The translations under genes were made by a program, and so were the position numbers. Below the pieces are notes generated by a model, which was given only the letters and a program-made list of their open reading frames with translations, was not told the origin of the DNA and ran no database searches. A stretch of 64,000 nucleotides of DNA from an archaeon (lineage in GTDB: Archaea; Thermoproteota; Nitrososphaeria; Nitrososphaerales; Gagatemarchaeaceae), in assembly GCA_021848045.1 (NCBI GenBank), contig JAJZNC010000004.1, positions 8,611 through 72,610 on the forward strand. The letters run 5' to 3'. Numbering within the stretch: the first letter of the stretch is position 1; each line of letters starts with the position of its first letter. Below are positions 1 through 8,569 of this stretch, one piece after another.

Positions 1-728
1 GCGATCGAGTCGACCGCGACGTCGATCGCCCCGCCGTAGCTCGACCTCACGGTCTCTATCTCCCCCTGGAGGTCTGCGAACCAGACCCTCCCCCTGTCGT
101 AGACGCCCTCGCGGAGCGGCACCGGGCGCCAGGTCAGCTCCACCAGCTCCGAGCGGAGCCACCTGGCGACCTCCTCCGCGTTGCTCACGGTCGCTGAGAG
201 CGAGAGGAGCTGGGCGTCGACCCCGCTGTGGATGACCCTCGTGAGTATCATCTCCAGCGTCGGCCCCCTGTCGCCGCTCCCCGCCAGGTGGACCTCGTCG
301 GAGACGAAGAGGCCCACGTCGGCAAGCCAGGACACGCCGTGCCTGAGGAGCGAGTCGAACTTCTCGTTGGTCAGCACGAGCAGGTCGTACGCCTTGAGCG
401 CCTCCCCGGAGGAGTCGAAGTCTCCGGTCGAGATCACGCAGCTCACCCCGAACCCCTCGAGGAGCCCCTTGAACTCGGCATACTTCTCCGAGGCGAGCGC
501 CCTGAGGGGGCTGAGGTAGACGACCTTCCTCTTCTGCACGACTATCCGCTTGAACGCCGCGAGCGCGGCGATCAGGGTCTTTCCGGAGGCGGTCGGGCTC
601 GCCACGAGGAGGTTCTTCCCGTCCAGGAGCCCGGACTCCACAGCCGCCGCCTGCGGGGGGAAGAGCTCCACGAACCCCCGTCCCTCGAGGAACGACGTGA
701 ACTCCACGGGGAGCGGGAGGTCCTTCAC
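1..728 (-). CDS. hel308: Hel308/Hjm-type Ski2-like DNA helicase, N-terminal ~242 codons (gene continues beyond window start)
   Basis: Not in the ORF track because there is no stop in the window. My translation of the minus strand from GTG at 728 gives VKDLPLPVEFTSFLEGRGFVELFPPQAAAVESGLLDGKNLLVASPTASGKTLIA..LVLTNEKFDSLLRH..VSDEVHL..LSLSATVSNAEEVARWL. These are the Q motif, Walker A, DEVH box and SAT motif of SF2 Hel308. It starts 21 nt after the mcm stop. Confidence 0.8.
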   Translation of the reverse strand, partial: MKDLPLPVEFTSFLEGRGFVELFPPQAAAVESGLLDGKNLLVASPTASGKTLIAALAAFKRIVVQKRKVVYLSPLRALASEKYAEFKGLLEGFGVSCVISTGDFDSSGEALKAYDLLVLTNEKFDSLLRHGVSWLADVGLFVSDEVHLAGSGDRGPTLEMILTRVIHSGVDAQLLSLSATVSNAEEVARWLRSELVELTWRPVPLREGVYDRGRVWFADLQGEIETVRSSYGGAIDVAVDSI

Positions 729-749
729 CTTCGTTCCGGCCGACCTCCC

Positions 750-3700
750 CTACGCCTGTACTCTTCTGAGGAACCCGGGCTTCGACTCGAAGATTATTCC
801 TTCCTTGGTTATCTTCTGGATGAGCTTGTCGACCTCGTCCTCGTTGGCGAACTTGTTGGTCTTCATGAGCTCCTGCCTGAAGACCTTGGCCTCGATGGGC
901 TTCCTCTCCGGGCCCTCGAGGGCCCTCAGCGTGTCCATCAGCGTCGCCAGCTTCCCCCTCTCGCCGGCGGGCTGGCCGAGGAGTATCCCAAAGTCTGCCT
1001 TGGTCTTTGTCTCCGTGTCGGTGAGGACGTCCTCCACCATCTTTTCCATCAGCGATATCGCGGTGAGGGCGTCCTCCTCGGTGACATCCTCCCTGAGCAT
1101 GAGCCTGGCCTTTGCGCTCGCGAGCCTGATTATCCCCTCGAGCGTCCTGGGGGTCGCCCCGATTGACCCCTCGGACGTGTTCCTCCTCAGCTGGAGGTAG
1201 TACTCCTTGATCCGGTTCTCGGCCTCCATGGTGAGCACCGGGGAGTAGTTCTTGGCGAACGCCACGTACTTCTTCAGGAGCTCGAACTGTATCGGAGGCG
1301 ACTCCACGTAGGTCTTCTTCCTGTGTACGTCGAGTATGTGGGTCGCCAGCTTCTCGTCCTGGCCGGGGACGGGCGTGTCCCTGAGCACGAAGATGAGGTC
1401 GAACCTCGTGAGAAGCGGGATCGGGAGGTTGATGTTGTCGATGAGGTTCTGGTAGGGGTCGTACTTGCCGAGGATCGGGTTTGTCGCGGCGAGGATCGCG
1501 GTCCTCGCGTTGAGCGTCGCGTAGATCCCTCCCTTCGCTATGGTTATCGTGTTGTGGAGCACCACCCCGGACGACACGAAGTTGTGCGTTGGCTCGACGG
1601 TGACGTCGTAGACCCAGTCCGTCTTCAGGGCGCCCTCGTTGGCCTCCTCTTCGACGGAGTCGACCCTGAGGAACCGGATGCCCATGAGCCCCCTGACGAA
1701 CCCCGTGCTCTCTCTGACCGCCTCGACCCTCCTGGAGAGCGCCCCCCTGACCTTCGCTCCCAGCTGCGCGGCGACCTCCGCGCTGCACCTCCCAGACTCG
1801 AGGCGCGAGATGGCCGACCTCGCCAGCCCGGACTCGCGGGCCAGCCTGCTCTGCGACCACCCGGAGGCGATGCGGAGCGACCGCGGGTCGGCGACCCCGC
1901 GGACGGCGGCCTCGATCTGCCCGCACCGCTCCTCGAGGCGCGCGAGGTGGCGCGAGACGGTGGCCTTCGTGGCCCCGTGCCCGGCCCCCAGGTGGCGGTT
2001 GAACGAGCCGTCGTGCCTCGTGCCCGTCTCGCGGAGCGACCCCGCCAGCAGCCGCAGGACGGCGGTCGGGAGGACGTCGTGGCCGCGGTCGTGGCGCTCG
2101 CCCCGCCTCGCCAGCCCCTCGATCCTGGCGCGCCGGGGGTCGGCCGAATCGACCACCACGTCGAGGAACCTTCCCAGCGAGTCACCGCAGACGTAGACCT
2201 TGAACGAGCGGTTCGACCTGGCGACCCTGATCCTGGAGGCGACGCCGAGCTTGAGAAGCAGGTCCTGGTAGTCCTCGGCGAGCCCCCCGGAGGCAGCCCG
2301 GTAGCACGCCGCGCCGCCCTCCACGCCGCCTGCTCCGAGGTACGCGGAGGCCAGGAACTCCCTGATGTGCGCCACGGAGGCTCCAAGGATCTTCGCGGGC
2401 GCCCTCCTGCTCCTCGCCTCGCCCACCGTCTCGGGGAAGTTCAGGGAGAGCCATCTCAGGAACGTCCTGGACGAGGACCCCAGGCCGGCCCTCCCTGACC
2501 CGAACTCGTCCCGCAGGAGCACGGCGATGTCCTCCGATGCGCGGGCGTCCAGGCCTGCGAGGTCGACCTCCCCGACGCCTCCCCTGGCAAAGTCCCCCCC
2601 GGACGCCAGGTGCCCGAGGACCCTCGCCGTCCAGAGCGTCAGCGTCTGCGGCTGCGCTACCGGACTAGCAATCTCCGACGGAGAGGCCGGGGCAAGCGCG
2701 ACCGGGGCGGACGAGTTCGGGATGGAGACGGGGCCGGGGACGAAAGCGCCCGGGCGGAGCCTCTCTGCGGGGGTCGTCGAGATCCCGTCCCCCTGGAAGA
2801 CGAACATGGGGTGCTCGGGGGTCACGAGCACGGACCTCCCGTTGGAGAACCTTACCCTTACGAACCTGTCGGGGGCCTTGTGCCTGCTCAGCCTCGAGAC
2901 CTTGGTCTTCTCGACCGTCCCGTCGTCGAGGTCGGCCGAGAAGACGCGCTGACGGAGGTCGACGGCCACGACCTCGCAGTCCTTCCCCGATACCACATCC
3001 GAGGGGTGGCTGCGGATCGCCTCCTCGACGTACTCCCCGATCCTCACCTTCCCTCCCTCGAGCAAGACCTCGCAAGACGGGTGGTACGACTGCTGTTCCA
3101 TCTGCTCGTGCAGGGCGCTCCTGTCCTCGGGCTTCATCTTGTCGAACTCGTCGATGCAGTTGTGGCTGAAGACGCCGTCCGCGACGTAGTTGTGGTCCGT
3201 CTTCATCATGAGGTCGTAGACGTATCCCTCGTAGCGCTCCCGTGAGACCGTGACGACCTCGTCCAGGAAGTAGTCCCTCTCGCCGGCCCTCCTTGAGACG
3301 ACGCTGAGCGCCTGTCCCCGTCCGCTCGCGTACCCGTAGAGAGCGGAGACGGCGCCCGCCCCGGACGCAGGCGCGTACTCCTCTGACGGCCCGGAGGAGA
3401 CCCCGCCGGGCGGCCTTTCGCGAACCCCCCCGGCCTCCTCATCGCTCGGAGGCGGCAGCCTGGAGATCTTGACCGAGCGGCTCGAAAGCGCCTGCTTCAG
3501 CCTCAGGCCGTCTCCACGGGTGCCGATCACGATCGCCCCCGCGCCGCCACCGACCCCGCGGGACGATCCCGCGACGCCGAACCTTCTCAGCGCGAGAAGC
3601 AGGTTGAGGCTCGCCCGCTCGTTCCTCGCCGCCCCGAAGACTGCGTCCCAGGCCCCCGACCCCTCCTTCGAGGAGAGCCCCGCACAGCCGCGTCCGTCCG

Positions 3701-5858
3701 AGTCGGCGACCCCCGCGAGGAAGGCCTTCAGCACCTCATCAGGCAGGGAGAGGAGGTTGCCCAGGTCGTCGGCCGTGAGCCGGGCGTAGACGTGCCCGAA
3801 GACCCGCCTGCCCGCCGCCCCGCCGATGATCGGAGGCGTGGCTCGCGTCTCCAGGGCGCTGGCCGTCGACCGCCCCTGCTCACTTGTGGAGAGAGGCCCG
3901 AAGCACAGCGACCAGTACCGCCTGAATCGCCCGATCGACGCAGGGTGCGCCGGGGGCCGGGTCGCCCCGCCCCGGGCACCGCCGTCGAGCCCGTCTCCGT
4001 AGACAAAGCCGCAGACGTACCCCATCTCAGGGGTGACCGTCGCAGCCTCGACAGGCGACCCTTCGTAGGAGTGGGGCTCCTCCCTCCACGCTCCCTCCTC
4101 GCCCAACGCGTCGACCATCGTCTTGAGCTCCGACAGGGTCGGTCGCAGGCTGCCCCTCAGGTAGTCCGGGATCCTCGAGACGCCGAGCTGAGCGGCCGCG
4201 CCCGCCCCCGAGCCGTACTTCGCCTCCAGCTTCGCCCTGAGCCGCGACCTCTCCGCCGCCGTCAGCGAGACCTCGCAGCCATCGGGAAGAAGGTCCCAAA
4301 TGTATGGCCCGTCGACCCTCCCGCAGGGGATCCGGAGGGGGGCGGCAACGGAGTCGCCCGGAGCGAACCTCGACGCCTCCCTCCACTCCATCGTCTTCCC
4401 GTCAAGGAACAGGTGGTCCGGGGTGACAACGGCGGAGAAGCCAGACCTCAGGCCGAGCCGCAGGATCTCCCCCGAGTGCAGCCGCCTCCTCAGCCTGGTG
4501 GAGACGGCGACCTTGGTCTTCAGGGAGCCGTCCTCCAGGGAGACCACCTCCCCCCCGAGCTCCGCTATCTCGTCCCTTCCGCTCGGGCTCTCGAAGCGGA
4601 TGAAGTGCAGCGTCTCCGCGAGCCCTCCCAGCCTGACAGACCTCCCGTCGAGGAGGACCGAGCTGTCCGGGTGGAGGCACGCGATGCCCTGGTCGGCCAG
4701 TACGACGACCCCCGCCTCCAGCATGAGCGTGTTCTTCTCGCGGATCACCGCGGCGGAGAGCCCCGCCGCCGTCGACCCCCTCCCCGAGGCGAACATCCCT
4801 CTGGGTGCGACCTGGGCCGCGAACTTTAGCATCTCTGACTTGGCCACGCCGGGGTCTCCTACCAGGAAGACGTTGATGTCGCCCCTCAGCTTTGTCCCGT
4901 CGGGCAGCGCGGTGGTCGGCCCGCCAACCAGGAGGAGGAGTATCGCCTCCTTGACGCGGTCGTGCCCGAGGATGCCCGGGGCCATCGACCGGATCAGCTT
5001 CTGGTACGCGTCCGGCCCCGAGGCGATGCTCTTGATTATCGCCTCGTCCTCCTTGGTGATCTGGACCTGGCTGGGCTCCTTGCTGACCAGCTCGATGTAG
5101 TTGGCGTCTATCTTGGAGCGGAACGACCTGCTCCTGGGCGTGCCGAATGAAAAGTCCGGCTCCGCTCGGACGACCCCCGTCATCACCGCCCTGTCGCCCG
5201 GCCTCGCGGTGTTGACGATGTCGCCCTCCACGTCGATGTCGAAGAACCGGGGGAGCTGCCCGGGAGGCAGCTCCTCGGGGAGCTCCTGCACCCTGAGGAT
5301 CTGGCTGTCGATGAAGGTGCTGTCCTTCTGGTCGAGCTCGAGGTTCCTTGTCTCGTCGCACCCCTCGCACTTCACCGGCTTCTTGATGCTCGGCCCCTCC
5401 TGGATGACGCGGGTGGTGTGGCCGTCCGGGCAGACGAACGCCGCGTCCACGAGGAGCGGTCTGAGCTCCGACGTCCTGATCACCATCCCTGCGAACGCTA
5501 TCATCTTGTCGAGGTGGGACGTGTCGACCTTCCTCAGCGCGACCCTGTCCGTGATCCCCCGCGTCCTTATCATGAGGTTCTTCCTGATCTCCCCGGCGTA
5601 GGCGGGGTTCTCCGTGCTGAGCACCTCGAAGGTGGCCGACTTGAACTCCTTCAGCGCCCTGTCGGGGTCGTTCAGGAGGCTCTCGGCTAGGTCGGTGTCG
5701 TAGTGTATGAGGTCCTCGTAGTCTAGGACCATCGACTTCCTCCCCGCCGCCGCCATCTGGCCCAGGGAGACCTGGTACTTGCGCTCGCCCGATTTGTCCT
5801 CGAAGCCCCGGAGGAAGTCCTCGAACCTCTCGGAGAGCCCCCGCGTTAAGACCGCCAT
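750..5858 (-). CDS. mcm: MCM replicative helicase precursor (1702 aa) carrying two inteins; predicted spliced extein 682 aa
   Basis: ORF track. Zn finger CPDGH..CEGC and Walker A GDPGVAKS are present. Walker B is split as ADQGIA / intein / CIDEFDKM. MEQQ / intein / TITIAKGG is also split. TRFDLIFVL and a C-terminal winged-helix tail follow. Confidence 0.95.
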   Translation of the reverse strand: MAVLTRGLSERFEDFLRGFEDKSGERKYQVSLGQMAAAGRKSMVLDYEDLIHYDTDLAESLLNDPDRALKEFKSATFEVLSTENPAYAGEIRKNLMIRTRGITDRVALRKVDTSHLDKMIAFAGMVIRTSELRPLLVDAAFVCPDGHTTRVIQEGPSIKKPVKCEGCDETRNLELDQKDSTFIDSQILRVQELPEELPPGQLPRFFDIDVEGDIVNTARPGDRAVMTGVVRAEPDFSFGTPRSRSFRSKIDANYIELVSKEPSQVQITKEDEAIIKSIASGPDAYQKLIRSMAPGILGHDRVKEAILLLLVGGPTTALPDGTKLRGDINVFLVGDPGVAKSEMLKFAAQVAPRGMFASGRGSTAAGLSAAVIREKNTLMLEAGVVVLADQGIACLHPDSSVLLDGRSVRLGGLAETLHFIRFESPSGRDEIAELGGEVVSLEDGSLKTKVAVSTRLRRRLHSGEILRLGLRSGFSAVVTPDHLFLDGKTMEWREASRFAPGDSVAAPLRIPCGRVDGPYIWDLLPDGCEVSLTAAERSRLRAKLEAKYGSGAGAAAQLGVSRIPDYLRGSLRPTLSELKTMVDALGEEGAWREEPHSYEGSPVEAATVTPEMGYVCGFVYGDGLDGGARGGATRPPAHPASIGRFRRYWSLCFGPLSTSEQGRSTASALETRATPPIIGGAAGRRVFGHVYARLTADDLGNLLSLPDEVLKAFLAGVADSDGRGCAGLSSKEGSGAWDAVFGAARNERASLNLLLALRRFGVAGSSRGVGGGAGAIVIGTRGDGLRLKQALSSRSVKISRLPPPSDEEAGGVRERPPGGVSSGPSEEYAPASGAGAVSALYGYASGRGQALSVVSRRAGERDYFLDEVVTVSRERYEGYVYDLMMKTDHNYVADGVFSHNCIDEFDKMKPEDRSALHEQMEQQSYHPSCEVLLEGGKVRIGEYVEEAIRSHPSDVVSGKDCEVVAVDLRQRVFSADLDDGTVEKTKVSRLSRHKAPDRFVRVRFSNGRSVLVTPEHPMFVFQGDGISTTPAERLRPGAFVPGPVSIPNSSAPVALAPASPSEIASPVAQPQTLTLWTARVLGHLASGGDFARGGVGEVDLAGLDARASEDIAVLLRDEFGSGRAGLGSSSRTFLRWLSLNFPETVGEARSRRAPAKILGASVAHIREFLASAYLGAGGVEGGAACYRAASGGLAEDYQDLLLKLGVASRIRVARSNRSFKVYVCGDSLGRFLDVVVDSADPRRARIEGLARRGERHDRGHDVLPTAVLRLLAGSLRETGTRHDGSFNRHLGAGHGATKATVSRHLARLEERCGQIEAAVRGVADPRSLRIASGWSQSRLARESGLARSAISRLESGRCSAEVAAQLGAKVRGALSRRVEAVRESTGFVRGLMGIRFLRVDSVEEEANEGALKTDWVYDVTVEPTHNFVSSGVVLHNTITIAKGGIYATLNARTAILAATNPILGKYDPYQNLIDNINLPIPLLTRFDLIFVLRDTPVPGQDEKLATHILDVHRKKTYVESPPIQFELLKKYVAFAKNYSPVLTMEAENRIKEYYLQLRRNTSEGSIGATPRTLEGIIRLASAKARLMLREDVTEEDALTAISLMEKMVEDVLTDTETKTKADFGILLGQPAGERGKLATLMDTLRALEGPERKPIEAKVFRQELMKTNKFANEDEVDKLIQKITKEGIIFESKPGFLRRVQA
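1551..3089 (-). mobile_element. MCM intein 2 (513 aa) inserted at MEQQ/TITIAKGG
   Basis: Starts SYHPSCEVLLEGG, which aligns residue for residue with intein 1 CLHPDSSVLLDGR, hence Ser1. Block B is TPEH. It ends SSGVVLHN followed by Thr+1. The interior has degenerate LAGLIDADG-like LGHLASGGD / FLASAYLGAGG and an XRE-like HTH (SLRIASGWSQSRLARESGLARSAISRLESG). Confidence 0.85.
3159..4679 (-). mobile_element. MCM intein 1 (507 aa) inserted in Walker B, with LAGLIDADG homing-endonuclease motifs
   Basis: Starts CLHPDSSVLLDG (Cys1) and has block B TPDH. LAGLIDADG-like GFVYGDG and FLAGVADSDG are present. It ends DGVFSHN followed by Cys+1. Removal restores ADQGIACIDEFDKM. Coordinates were counted codon by codon and checked against the DNA. 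Confidence 0.9.
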
Positions 5859-5877
5859 CGCTCCACCCTTCGTCTCC

Positions 5878-6474
5878 CTAGGGCTCCCCGAGGATGGCCT
5901 TCTTCCATCCTGCGGATATCTCGCTTGCCACGGAGAAGAAGGCGCTCTCCTCCGGGGTTATCCTGTCTGCTATCGTCTTGATGCTCGCGGAGGAGCTCAT
6001 CGAGAGGAGCTTGCTGAGCCTCCTCCCGACGAGGTCGTAGCTCGTGTTCCTGAGCTTCTCGTAGTCCTCTCGCCTGTACTTGCCGCTCTCGACCCCTTGC
6101 CTGACCGCTGCGAGCCTTCGCCTCATCCTGATGTAGAAGCTGGGGTCGAGCGGGGAGAGCTGGAGGGATGCGATGATCTTCTCCCTGGTGAGCGCCTTGA
6201 ATATCTCGACCTCGAAGGCCTCTTCCTGGAGGTCTGCCAGGTCGAGCGCCACCAGCTCCTCAGCCACCCACCGGGGCATCTCCACCCTCTCGCCCTCCTT
6301 CGACCTTGCCAGGACGAGGTCGCCGACCTCCATCCCCTCGATGGCAGACCGCATGGTCACCCTCACCGGGGAGAGCAAGAACTCCCTCTCCCTCTGCTCG
6401 AAGATCTTCGATACCTCGGCTCCAGGGTCCTCCAAGAGGGTCTCCAACAACTCCTTTTCTTCGGGGACTCGCAA
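5878..6474 (-). CDS. GINS subunit-like protein (Gins23-type), directly upstream of mcm
   Basis: 198-aa helical ORF with LQLSPLDPSFYIRM, an L..L.P.FY motif of GINS A-domains. It lies 19 nt upstream of mcm, as in the Sulfolobus gins23-mcm arrangement (from memory). The start could be TTG 6474 or TTG 6450. Confidence 0.55.
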   Translation of the reverse strand: MRVPEEKELLETLLEDPGAEVSKIFEQREREFLLSPVRVTMRSAIEGMEVGDLVLARSKEGERVEMPRWVAEELVALDLADLQEEAFEVEIFKALTREKIIASLQLSPLDPSFYIRMRRRLAAVRQGVESGKYRREDYEKLRNTSYDLVGRRLSKLLSMSSSASIKTIADRITPEESAFFSVASEISAGWKKAILGEP

Positions 6475-6488
6475 AGTGCTAGCTCCGG

Positions 6489-6505
6489 ATAATTAAGTGT
6501 ATACG
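6489..6505 (-). promoter_or_regulatory. AT-rich TATA-like element upstream of the gins-mcm-hel308 unit
   Basis: The minus strand reads CGTATACACTTAATTAT, 15-30 nt upstream of TTG 6474. It is the only AT-rich patch in the spacer. Confidence 0.4.
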
Positions 6506-6513
6506 CCGCTGGG

Positions 6514-7494
6514 CTATACCTCTGACCACTCGCCCGCCTTCCTCCGGAGGGCCGTGCGATACGCGAGCCAGCCGGCAGCGTTGTCCTCCAGGGCCAGGCC
6601 GACGCTCTTGAAGACCGTGACCTCCGAGGCGGAGCGCCTCCCCTTGCTCCTCCCGGTGACCAGCTCGCACATGTCGCCCTTGATCACGTCCCTCGGGACG
6701 ACACCCTCGACCATCGGGATCAGGATGTCGCCCGCCTCTTCCATGGCGGCCTCCCGTGAGTCGACGTAGACGGAAGCCCTGGAGACTAGGGAGGAGTCGA
6801 GCTCGCGAGCGTCTGGCCTGTACGAACCGATCGCTATCACGTGGGTGCCGTCGCCCACGTCTGCTCCGTCGAAGACCGGCGTGGCCGACGAAGTGGCGGC
6901 GACGACGACGTCGCTCCCCCTCACGCAGGCCGACGCAGAGTCCACTGCCCGCGCCTCGAGCCCGAGCGAGCGGGCGCACTCCCTGGCGAGGGCCTTGCTC
7001 CGGGCAGCCCGCCTGGAGTACGCCTTCACCTTCCCTATGCCTGGGGTCGCAGTCGCGACCCCCCTCACCTGCTGGAACGCCTGGCCGCCGGCCCCCACTA
7101 TCCCAAGCGTCTTCGAGTCCCTCCTGGCGAGGTACCTGCACGAGAGCCCCGAGACCGCCCCGGTCCTGATCGCGGTGAGCGTCGTCCCCTCGAGGAGCGC
7201 CCTCGCCTCGCCGGTCTCCCCGTCCAGCAGGAGCACGACCGCGGTCACGGAGGGCGTCCTCCCCCTGTTCTTGGGGAATATGCTCACGACCTTGACGCTC
7301 CCCTCCTCTCCGTTCCTCCTGGCGATCGATGGCATCACGAGGACGTCCCCCCTGGGCGCCTCGAGCCTCGTCCTGAGCGGCGACCTGAACCTCCCCCTGG
7401 CCTGGAGGGAGAACGCCCGCGACATCTCCTCGATGCACGCGTCCATCGGGCAGGCAGAGGAGACTGCCTCGGCGTCGAGCGTGAGGATCCTCAC
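6514..7494 (-). CDS. Ornithine cyclodeaminase / mu-crystallin family protein (archaeal alanine dehydrogenase-like)
   Basis: 326-aa ORF with the Rossmann motif LGIVGAGGQA and family-typical TLTAIRTGAVSG and GTHVIAIGS. Confidence 0.75.
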   Translation of the reverse strand: MRILTLDAEAVSSACPMDACIEEMSRAFSLQARGRFRSPLRTRLEAPRGDVLVMPSIARRNGEEGSVKVVSIFPKNRGRTPSVTAVVLLLDGETGEARALLEGTTLTAIRTGAVSGLSCRYLARRDSKTLGIVGAGGQAFQQVRGVATATPGIGKVKAYSRRAARSKALARECARSLGLEARAVDSASACVRGSDVVVAATSSATPVFDGADVGDGTHVIAIGSYRPDARELDSSLVSRASVYVDSREAAMEEAGDILIPMVEGVVPRDVIKGDMCELVTGRSKGRRSASEVTVFKSVGLALEDNAAGWLAYRTALRRKAGEWSEV

Positions 7495-7612
7495 AGCGTC
7501 TCGGGCTCCCGGCCCGGGGGGCTCCTTTCTTTCTCTTTCGCTCTCCAGCGGCTCTGCACGGATATATACTCAGGGACCGCCCGCGGGGTCGAGCTTGTCC
7601 TTCGATGGCCTG

Positions 7613-8569
7613 ATGTGGGTCGAGAAGTACCGCCCGCGCAAGATCGACGACCTCGTCAACCAGGACGAGGTCAAGGAGCGCCTCAAGCCCCTCCTGGAGA
7701 ACAAGAGAGAGCTGCCGCACCTGCTCTTCGCCGGCCCCCCCGGGTCTGGAAAGACGACCGCCGCGATGATAATCGCGAGGGAGCTCCTCGGCGAGTACTA
7801 CGCAGACTCGACCCTCTCGCTCAACGCGAGCGACGAGAGGGGGATCGACATCGTGCGCGAGCGGATCAAGAAGTTCGCCAGCTATCTCGACAGGAACGAG
7901 AGCATACCGTTCCGGCTCGTGATCCTGGACGAGGCGGACGAGACGACCTCGGACGCGCAGACCGCCCTTCGCAGGATAATGGAGGAGACCTCGAGGCACA
8001 CCCGCTTCATACTGATATGCAACTACTCGACCAACATAATCGAGCCCATCCAGAGCAGGTGCGCCATATTCAGGTTCAAGAAGATAGGCCAGAGGGAGGT
8101 TGTGGCGCGCCTCGAGAGGATCGCCAAGGACGAGGGGGTCCGCGCTGGGCCGGGCGTCCTCGAAGCGGTCGCGGCCGCGTGCGACGGAGACCTCAGGCAG
8201 GGGATCAACCTCCTCCAGGCCGCCTCGGCGGGGGGCGGGGAGGTCACCATCGAGAAGGTCAACGCCGCCACCGGGAGGACCGCCAAGGAGAGGGCCACCG
8301 AGATAGTCCGGCTCGCGATGGGCGGGGACTTCGGCTCCGCCAGGCTCAAGCTCGTCGAGTTCACCCGGGTCTACGGGATCCCGGAGTCTGACTTCCTCCG
8401 CTTCGCCAACGAGGAGATCGCCAAGGGCGAGGGGGAGGAGGCGGCGCGGGCGATCAGGGTTCTGGCGGAGTACGACTATCGCCTCGCGGTGGGGGCGAAC
8501 CCCGAGGTCCAGCTCACGGCCCTGCTGGCGGAGCTTGCGGCCCTCCACAAGCGCGGCGGGAAGGCCTAG
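7613..8569 (+). CDS. rfcS: Replication factor C small subunit
   Basis: MWVEKYRP.., Walker A GPPGSGKTT, DEADETTSDAQ and the SRC motif QSRCAIFRF. The track ORF (6845..) is trimmed to ATG 7613, where the RFC-box N-terminus begins. Confidence 0.92.
   Translation: MWVEKYRPRKIDDLVNQDEVKERLKPLLENKRELPHLLFAGPPGSGKTTAAMIIARELLGEYYADSTLSLNASDERGIDIVRERIKKFASYLDRNESIPFRLVILDEADETTSDAQTALRRIMEETSRHTRFILICNYSTNIIEPIQSRCAIFRFKKIGQREVVARLERIAKDEGVRAGPGVLEAVAAACDGDLRQGINLLQAASAGGGEVTIEKVNAATGRTAKERATEIVRLAMGGDFGSARLKLVEFTRVYGIPESDFLRFANEEIAKGEGEEAARAIRVLAEYDYRLAVGANPEVQLTALLAELAALHKRGGKA

Noticed and set aside
228-1166. Many long ORFs in the track that lie antisense to or out of frame with real genes. Examples are 228..1166+, 1323..2498+, 6479..8908-, 10648..12912+, 18875..20992-, 34740..35783- and 42905..44065-.
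   Set aside because: They translate to Arg/Gly/Pro/Leu-rich low-complexity strings with no motifs. They overlap genes with clear family signatures. These are typical shadow ORFs of GC-rich DNA.
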